Assembly: GCA_001563335.1 (NCBI GenBank)
Contig: LRSL01000026.1
Coordinates: 1 to 24,046, forward strand
From: Candidatus Thorarchaeota archaeon SMTZ1-45
GTDB taxonomy: Archaea; Asgardarchaeota; Thorarchaeia; Thorarchaeales; Thorarchaeaceae
Direction: 5' to 3'
Length of the DNA stretch: 24,046 bases
The first letter of the stretch is position 1; the number at the start of each line of letters is the position of its first letter. The translations under genes were made by a program, and so were the position numbers. Positions 17,770 through 24,046 of this stretch are shown here, piece by piece. The notes beneath the pieces are model-generated. The model made no database searches, was not told the origin of the DNA, and saw nothing but the letters and a program-made list of their open reading frames with translations.

Positions 17770-17907
17770 GGGGTGGTGGCCTAGTCCGGTATGGCGACGG
17801 GCTCCAGATCTAAGTGCACTTTGCACCTGAAATGGACGGGGTCAATAAAAGACCGTCGTCATGAAGACACTCGTCGATCGGGAGTTCAAATCTCCCTCAC
17901 CCCACCA
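17770..17907 (+). tRNA. tRNA-Trp(CCA) with a 61-nt intron at 37/38 (17808-17868), CCA encoded
   Basis: Acceptor GGGGTGG/TCACCCC, A73, CCA. Anticodon stem ACGGG/CTCGT with CCA at 17804-17806. T-arm GGGAG-TTCAAAT-CTCCC. Confidence 0.93.
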
Positions 17908-17982
17908 TTCACATTTGTTGACTCCTTCTTCTATTGAACTACAATCCGAGATGATAATAAGTCGCAAGTTGTGGTATAGACT

Positions 17983-18648
17983 ATGGTCAAAACAAAGACT
18001 CAACTCTATGGCATATGTGGAGTCGATGAGGCTGGCCGAGGTCCAATGATTGGACCGATGGTCATCTGCGGAGTCTTGATTGATCCTGACTCTATTTATG
18101 AACTTGAAAAAATAGGTATCCGCGACTCAAAGATGCTATCACCCACGCGCCGCTCTAATCTTGGTAAGAGAATCGAAAAGATTGCAGTCAAGACTTCTTT
18201 CAGGTCTATATCTGCTAAAGACATTGACAAAAGAAGAAAACACACTACTATGAATGAGATAGAAGTCGATGAGTTTGTTTCGATTCTAAAAGAACTAAGG
18301 CCAAAGACGATTTACTTGGATGCTGCAGATGTGAAGGCAGACAGATTTGGCAAAAAAATCGGAGAGAGAAGTGGTCTGGCCGCTCAAGGTGCAGAGATTG
18401 TGTCAGAACATAAGGCAGACGCGAGATATCCAATAGTATCTGCAGCCTCAATCCTAGCCAAGGTTGAAAGAGACCGGGTGATTTCTAGACTTCATGAGAA
18501 ATATGGAAACTTTGGGTCTGGATATCCATCTGACCCAAAAACAGTCGATTTTGTGAGAGATTTGGTCAAAAAGAACAAAAAAATGCCGTCTATTGTCCGA
18601 AAAAGCTGGGACTCTGTCAGAAAAATTATTGATGATGAATCTGCCTAA
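17983..18648 (+). CDS. rnhB: Ribonuclease HII
   Basis: GVDEAGRGP, RDSK, HKAD, VSAASILAKV and GSGYPSDP. Confidence 0.97.
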   Translation: MVKTKTQLYGICGVDEAGRGPMIGPMVICGVLIDPDSIYELEKIGIRDSKMLSPTRRSNLGKRIEKIAVKTSFRSISAKDIDKRRKHTTMNEIEVDEFVSILKELRPKTIYLDAADVKADRFGKKIGERSGLAAQGAEIVSEHKADARYPIVSAASILAKVERDRVISRLHEKYGNFGSGYPSDPKTVDFVRDLVKKNKKMPSIVRKSWDSVRKIIDDESA

Positions 18649-18673
18649 CAGGTCACACTGGACTCACTATGAT

Positions 18674-19639
18674 TCACTGACTTGATCGTTCATCAATTAT
18701 CTTCTTGAGCTCGCCCGGTTTCTCAATACCGTCAAGCTCAAGCTGTCTTATCACTGGAAGGTCTGAAACACTTTCCTCAGCCTTTCCCTCTTCAACTATT
18801 ATAATAGCATTTGAATCAGTCACTTTTGAAACGCTTTTGAGAATCCCCATCCTTTTCTTCAAGGTCCAGCTCGTGATTGAGCCAACGCCGGACATCAGTG
18901 GGGGTCCGTCCTCTTTTGCTGCAACATTGAATGGTGCCCGGTCTGTCCAAAGAACAGTCATCCCCAGTCGCTCGAAGAACTCGTTCACACGTTTCTCTAG
19001 TTCTGGTATATCATGCGGGGGCATATCCAACTGCTGAACAGATTGCGTGATAGGTTTCTCTCGCAGCAAGTCAACAGGTATCATTAGGTCTGTTTCCAGT
19101 ATTTTCTCAAGCCGCTCTGCAACATCAGTACTGATATCCATCTCATCTTTTTCGTATGCAAGGATTGCTCTTGCAGAAACCTGAACACAGTCAGCAAGTT
19201 CTTCAGTTGTCATCTGTTGTGTAAGTCTTGCTTCTCTGAGTTTTGTGCCATCAATAGCGACGAAACGACCACCTCTCTGAATGAACTCTCTAGGAAGTTG
19301 TTTTTCTGCTATCATGCTCTGAAAACTGGGAGGAGCAATTGTGGAAACCCCATATCTCTTGTAGACTACGCCAGCGTCTAACTCTCCTCGTCTTGTCTTC
19401 GTTCCAACGACGAGAGGTGTTGCATTGAAGAAATGAGCCACTAATTGAAGGGCTATTGCATCTTCACTGGTGAGTGCATCAATATTCGCAAGCACCTTCA
19501 CCAAAATGAGCTGTTCATCCTTTCGTGCAACAAGATCAAAGCAACTTGGTCGAACATCGCATTGTGATGAAAGTCTGAACCCAGCATCCTCTAGATGCTT
19601 AATTACATCCTGCATTAGCTGGGTTCTTACTTTGGTCAA
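18674..19639 (-). CDS. Conserved archaeal HTH (XRE-type) transcriptional regulator
   Basis: SCFDLVAR...KVLANID N-terminal domain, and RGGRFVAIDG followed by an HTH (LREARL...EELADCVQVSARAILAYE). Confidence 0.85.
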   Translation of the reverse strand: MTKVRTQLMQDVIKHLEDAGFRLSSQCDVRPSCFDLVARKDEQLILVKVLANIDALTSEDAIALQLVAHFFNATPLVVGTKTRRGELDAGVVYKRYGVSTIAPPSFQSMIAEKQLPREFIQRGGRFVAIDGTKLREARLTQQMTTEELADCVQVSARAILAYEKDEMDISTDVAERLEKILETDLMIPVDLLREKPITQSVQQLDMPPHDIPELEKRVNEFFERLGMTVLWTDRAPFNVAAKEDGPPLMSGVGSITSWTLKKRMGILKSVSKVTDSNAIIIVEEGKAEESVSDLPVIRQLELDGIEKPGELKKIIDERSSQ

Positions 19640-19720
19640 CTTTCTTTACCACTGTTTTCTCTATTCCGAACCTTTTTCAGCGTATCTAAAAGTGAAAATA
19701 TGTTTCTCTATTGTAGATAA

Positions 19721-20182
19721 TTAGTCAGATTTGAAACCAGGCTTATCTTTTGAGGTTGTGCCGATTCCGATGGTTGTTGTAGATGGTAGTCTTCTTCTTA
19801 GTAGTTGGACTTGTGGCCTAGCAAGTTTTTCAACTGGTTTCCATTTTGTAAAATCTTTCCATCCTAGGTCAACATATCCTATAAGTTTGTGGACCATGAA
19901 TAACTCGGCTTTATTGCCTGCAACGGTATAGATACCTGGACCATAGTCCAACCTTCTTAGGACAACTATTGGAAGTCTGATTTCCCCATGGAATTTCTTA
20001 GGCACTTCAAGTGATAGTTCTTCAATCTCTTCTACTTGGAATACTGAAATTTCTCCAATTCGCGTTCGAAAATGTGGTGAATTCATACCGATTAATTCAC
20101 TCAAAGGTACTCTTGACTCGGGAAGATGGTCGTTGAGTGTGTCAATATCGTGTTCAATCATCTTGTCAATGAATCTGCTCAC
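19721..20182 (-). CDS. DUF61-family protein
   Basis: LNDHLP...LSEL, IRLPIVV and LRRRLPSTT. GTG start overlaps the fibrillarin stop (GTGA), with a GGAGG SD. Confidence 0.75.
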   Translation of the reverse strand: MSRFIDKMIEHDIDTLNDHLPESRVPLSELIGMNSPHFRTRIGEISVFQVEEIEELSLEVPKKFHGEIRLPIVVLRRLDYGPGIYTVAGNKAELFMVHKLIGYVDLGWKDFTKWKPVEKLARPQVQLLRRRLPSTTTIGIGTTSKDKPGFKSD

Positions 20183-20877
20183 GTTAGTTCCTCCGTGACA
20201 CGGCAAACAATGAACCGGTGGTCCTTTTCTAAGGGGCTCAAGTCAATATTTTCCACAATCTGAAGACCAAGATTGTCCAGCATCGCAATCTCTTTGCTAT
20301 ATATCTCATCAAGCTCTGAAACGGAATCAATGCTTCTTGCTTTGATTGCCAACATACCCCATGCTCCAAACGAACAGAATGTCTTGAGATTTTCATAGAG
20401 AATTGTGGCTTGATTTGGTTGTGCTACATCTTGATACACCACGTCAATCGGTCCTGCAACTATTGAGGTATATCTCGTTGGATGTCTTGCGTCTTCAACG
20501 ATTGGTATGATATTATTACGAGATGCTGCAAGATGGACCAACTCTCTTGCGGTTCGTTCTGAGAACTCGACTGCATATACCGTACCATTAAATCCCAAGA
20601 TGTCAGAGCAATGACTAACCGTCGTTCCAGATGCGGCACCAAGATAGAGCACCTTAGAACCAGGCTGAATTGGCATCTCTGAGAGTCCATTCTTTATTGC
20701 TGCTGATAGTTTGGACCTTCGCGGAGACCAAATTCGATATTCATTATTTTCGTGGATGACAATCTTTTCTCCGTAAACACTTAATCCGGGTGCAAGAGAT
20801 TCTGTACAGAGGGCCATACGATCTTTGTCCTGAATCATGTAGACCCCAGGAAACTTATAGGGTGCCAATGTAGTCAT
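20179..20877 (-). CDS. flpA: Fibrillarin-like rRNA/tRNA 2'-O-methyltransferase
   Basis: VYGEK, WSPRRSKL, VLYLGAASGTTVSH, DVAQPNQ and IKARSID. GGAGGT SD before ATG 20877. Confidence 0.97.
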   Translation of the reverse strand: MTTLAPYKFPGVYMIQDKDRMALCTESLAPGLSVYGEKIVIHENNEYRIWSPRRSKLSAAIKNGLSEMPIQPGSKVLYLGAASGTTVSHCSDILGFNGTVYAVEFSERTARELVHLAASRNNIIPIVEDARHPTRYTSIVAGPIDVVYQDVAQPNQATILYENLKTFCSFGAWGMLAIKARSIDSVSELDEIYSKEIAMLDNLGLQIVENIDLSPLEKDHRFIVCRVTEELT

Positions 20878-20878
20878 T

Positions 20879-22105
20879 TTATCGACCTCCACGTTTTCTC
20901 TTTGGACGCCCTTTCTTCTCTCGTTTCTTCTGTTGGGGTTTGGGCTTTGGTGGCTTGGGTGGGGGTGGTTCAGGATTTTGTTTTCGAATCTCCTCTACCC
21001 TCGAGATGAATTGTTCCCTTAGATTGCTTCTAGCATCTCTGTCAGAGTATGCATCAATTCTTGCTGCAATTGAGAGTTTCCCGGCCAATGATCTTGCTAT
21101 CTTTCCTCTCTGCCAAAACGGGGCATTGTTAACCTCTGGAACACGATAGATGATGCCATGCTTTGGTGGATCAGTACCGGTCTTCAGACTTCTAAATAGG
21201 GCTTTTTCAGCACCAAAAACCTGAATTGTACTAGATGGTTTTCTGGCGAGCTCTTTCAATGAGCCTGCAAGACTGATTAGTCTAGCCCCAATCATTGGTC
21301 CTGCAAGTGCTCCAAGATTTGGTGCTACTTCCTCCATCAGGATGGAGATGTATCCCTCAAGCTCGTTTCTCATCTGGTATAGATTACTGACGCTTTTTGC
21401 AAGACTAGAAATGACACCAAGATCCGAGTCTTGCAGTTCCGCACCAATGTCACCTGTCAAGGCCTTGAGTACCTGCTCAGTCATCACGTCAGAGAGGGCA
21501 ACAGTTTCAAGACAGTCTTTGTTGATGTTAGCCTTTCCGGCACAAGCGGTCAGAACCTTGGTAAATATCTCTTGGTCCTCAATCAGTCTGTTTAATGATG
21601 GGTGATGTAACGAATACCACTCACGTAGACGCATGACAAGTACATTAATCGATTTGTCTATCTCATCAACGGCGTCTATTGCGTTCTTAATAAGAAGGTC
21701 TTTCTCCTCACTTGCAGCACTGACCTTACTTTTTGCTAGTAAGATAGATACCTCTCGTCTGAATGAAGTGATTTCTTCAGGCGATTGTACGATCTTTTGC
21801 TCGATTAGGAGTGCATCCTGACGATCTCTAAACCATCTTAGAGCACTGCCTTCTTCTATTCTCACAGTGAAATTCCCCCTCTTCGAGAGAACTCGAGCAA
21901 GCAGGGCATCTTCCACAATGATTTCTTTTCCATCTAATCCTTTCAAACTATTTTCAAGTGTGTCAGTCATAGTTTCATCACTGACTGCCATCAAATTATG
22001 GGCTGCTGCATTTGCATCGGGATAGTACAAATGTTTCGAAGTCACCTCCCCTTTTTCATCAAGGATAAATATACCGAATACAGTGAGTGAAAGATAGATT
22101 GACAC
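20879..22105 (-). CDS. nop5: Nop5 (Nop56/58) box C/D RNP protein
   Basis: RLREWY, APNL, PSSTIQVFGAEKALF, PKHGIIY and RGKIAR, with a Lys/Pro-rich tail. Confidence 0.96.
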   Translation of the reverse strand: MSIYLSLTVFGIFILDEKGEVTSKHLYYPDANAAAHNLMAVSDETMTDTLENSLKGLDGKEIIVEDALLARVLSKRGNFTVRIEEGSALRWFRDRQDALLIEQKIVQSPEEITSFRREVSILLAKSKVSAASEEKDLLIKNAIDAVDEIDKSINVLVMRLREWYSLHHPSLNRLIEDQEIFTKVLTACAGKANINKDCLETVALSDVMTEQVLKALTGDIGAELQDSDLGVISSLAKSVSNLYQMRNELEGYISILMEEVAPNLGALAGPMIGARLISLAGSLKELARKPSSTIQVFGAEKALFRSLKTGTDPPKHGIIYRVPEVNNAPFWQRGKIARSLAGKLSIAARIDAYSDRDARSNLREQFISRVEEIRKQNPEPPPPKPPKPKPQQKKREKKGRPKRKRGGR

Positions 22106-22208
22106 CTAAGACCCATCCTATGGAAATCTGAGTGTTTTGAATAGTGGACTCCGGATAAGTTTGTTGTATTGACGCCACTTAGCTTATTACAGACCATTAG
22201 TTAGTTCA

Positions 22209-23099
22209 GTGCAGGGTGTTAGATTGAAGATTCAGGGGTACTGGTTAGCATCTGGAATTCTAGGGGTTACAGCTGCTTCCATGGGCAGGGTGATAGACTC
22301 AGGTGCTGATGCTATTGTGACAAAATCAATTGGGTTGACTCCACGAGAAGGCTATCCTGGTCCAGTATTGACCACTTCACATGGAGGACTCGTAAACGCT
22401 GTTGGTCTCACTAATCCCGGCATTGACGCTTTTAGGGATGAAATGGAAATCCTGAGAGATAGGAGTGTGCCTATAGTGCTTAGCATCTTTGGAAACTCTG
22501 TTGAGGAAATCAAAGAATTAGCAGGGAGAAGTATGCAGTTGAAGCCAGCAGCTATTGAACTTAATCTCTCTTGTCCTCATGCAGAGATTGGGCAGATTGC
22601 ACAAAGTCCAGATCTGACTCACACATATGTTTCTACTGTCAAAGACGAGGTAAAATGCCAGGTGTTTGCCAAACTAACACCAAATACAGCTGATATTATA
22701 GCAGTTGGAAGAGCAGCTGAAGAGGCTGGTGCTGATGCTGTAGTTGCTATAAACACACTCCGAGCAATGAAGATTGATATACATCAGAAACTACCAGTGT
22801 TGGGTCACAAGATTGGAGGGTTGTCTGGACCACCAATATTTCCAGTTGCAGTAAGATGTGTCTATGATCTGAGGCAAGCCCTTAGTATTCCAATAATAGG
22901 TGTTGGAGGTGTTTCTTCATGGGAGGATGCAATAGAGATGCATCTTGCAGGTGCAAGTGCAATCCAGATTGGAACAGCTCTCATTGAGGGTCTTGATGTG
23001 TTCTCAAGAATAAAGGAGGGAGTCACGAAGTATCTCGAAAAATCGCACATTTCAGACATAGCTGAGATTATTGGTGCGGCGTGGAGGGCTGAAACTTGA
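22209..23099 (+). CDS. pyrD: Dihydroorotate dehydrogenase B, catalytic subunit
   Basis: LASG, NAVGLTNPG, ELNLSCPH, KLTPN, GGLSG and IIGVGG. Start codon uncertain. Confidence 0.93.
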   Translation: MQGVRLKIQGYWLASGILGVTAASMGRVIDSGADAIVTKSIGLTPREGYPGPVLTTSHGGLVNAVGLTNPGIDAFRDEMEILRDRSVPIVLSIFGNSVEEIKELAGRSMQLKPAAIELNLSCPHAEIGQIAQSPDLTHTYVSTVKDEVKCQVFAKLTPNTADIIAVGRAAEEAGADAVVAINTLRAMKIDIHQKLPVLGHKIGGLSGPPIFPVAVRCVYDLRQALSIPIIGVGGVSSWEDAIEMHLAGASAIQIGTALIEGLDVFSRIKEGVTKYLEKSHISDIAEIIGAAWRAET

Positions 23100-23920
23100 A
23101 CATGGACAATCTTGTGGGAAATCCACAATCTGTGAAGGTATCTGAAGTGGTCCATGAAACTTTGAGCGCGCGTACAATTATTTTCAATATCAAGAGACCC
23201 AGTTTCACCTTTATGCCCGGTCAATTTCTAATGATATGGATTCCTGAGATTGATGAGATTCCCATGAGCATTTCCTTGTGGGAACCACCCAAAGTGGGAG
23301 TCACTGTCCTTCCAATTGGTGAGGCAACTGAGGCACTATCTTCACTTCATCAAAATGATTGGGTTGGTATTAGAGGTCCGTTTGGATCATCATTCACTCT
23401 TGATTCAAAGAGTGCATTGGTAGTAGGTGGTGGAGTTGGAATGGCACCTCTTAGACCTCTAGTCTATAGTCTTCTCAGCAATGATGTCAATGTGACCCTG
23501 TTGATTGCAGCTAAAACGAGAGATGACCTCATGTTTTTTGCTGAATTCTCACAAGTAAAAAATAGCAGGTTTACATTAAAGACATCTACAGATGATGGTT
23601 CAGAGGGGATCAAGGGACTAGCAACTGATGTAGTGAAAGAATTGTTGAAAGAAAGCAAGTATGATACATTGTATACCTGTGGACCTGAGTTGATGATTTA
23701 TGGTTTCTACAATACAGTAAAAGAAAGTAAGATTTCTTTTCAAGCGTCACTTGAAAGATACATGAAGTGTGGATGCGGTCTTTGTGGGACTTGCGCTCTT
23801 GATCCAACAGGATCTTTAGTCTGTGTGGAGGGGCCGATATACACAGGAAAACATCTAACGAAAATATCAGAATTTGGTAAATATCATCGCGATGCTGTCG
23901 GTGTAAAGAAGAAGTTTTGA
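23096..23920 (+). CDS. pyrK: Dihydroorotate dehydrogenase electron transfer subunit
   Basis: PGQF, IRGPFG, GGGVG, CGPE and the [2Fe-2S] motif MKCGCGLCGTC...CVEGP. Overlaps the pyrD stop. Confidence 0.94.
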   Translation: MNMDNLVGNPQSVKVSEVVHETLSARTIIFNIKRPSFTFMPGQFLMIWIPEIDEIPMSISLWEPPKVGVTVLPIGEATEALSSLHQNDWVGIRGPFGSSFTLDSKSALVVGGGVGMAPLRPLVYSLLSNDVNVTLLIAAKTRDDLMFFAEFSQVKNSRFTLKTSTDDGSEGIKGLATDVVKELLKESKYDTLYTCGPELMIYGFYNTVKESKISFQASLERYMKCGCGLCGTCALDPTGSLVCVEGPIYTGKHLTKISEFGKYHRDAVGVKKKF

Positions 23921-24046
23921 GTCTGAAAAAAGGATCTGATGCAACCGGTTCTTAAAGTGAGTGAGTTATTTTCTAACTCCGACTACTTGGCCTTTCACAT
24001 ATCTCTTAATATAGTTCCTTTTGTTGCGTATTCGAGGAATAGGTGT

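Noticed and set aside
20890-20972. G/T-rich low-complexity tract
   Set aside because: It encodes the ordinary Pro/Lys-rich C-terminal tail of Nop5.
1-24046. CRISPR array, IS/transposase or integrase gene
   Set aside because: No regularly spaced short repeats, terminal inverted repeats or recombinase motifs were found by eye.

Overview
Archaeal chromosomal window, probably from an Asgard archaeon and Thorarchaeia-like (inferred from gene content and protein style, not from a search). Positions ~7.0-24.0 kb are mostly core genome: rpl3-rpl4-rpl23, a HypD-like glycyl radical enzyme, a SPOUT methyltransferase, archease, intron-containing tRNA-Ser(TGA) and tRNA-Trp(CCA), DUF998, thiolase, an alpha/beta hydrolase, Elp3, RNase HII, an HTH regulator, DUF61, fibrillarin, Nop5, pyrD and pyrK. 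Positions 1-~6.9 kb are accessory DNA that follows rpl23 where rpl2 normally sits. The main signal is an ungapped ~192-bp direct repeat (3265-3456 and 6874-7065, 23 mismatches by manual count). It consists of the last 25 codons of rpl23, an SD plus 'ATG GGN AAA' (rpl2-like start) folded into a strand-specific hairpin, and a conserved non-coding block. The repeats bracket a 3609-bp integrase-less unit carrying a secreted metzincin-like protease and a membrane-anchored partner, and a further unit seems to start left of 3265. This looks like tandem cassettes integrated at the rpl23/rpl2 junction. Other notable items are a structured leader upstream of rpl3 and a CVE-to-CVT change in the active-site loop of the orphan HypD-like enzyme.
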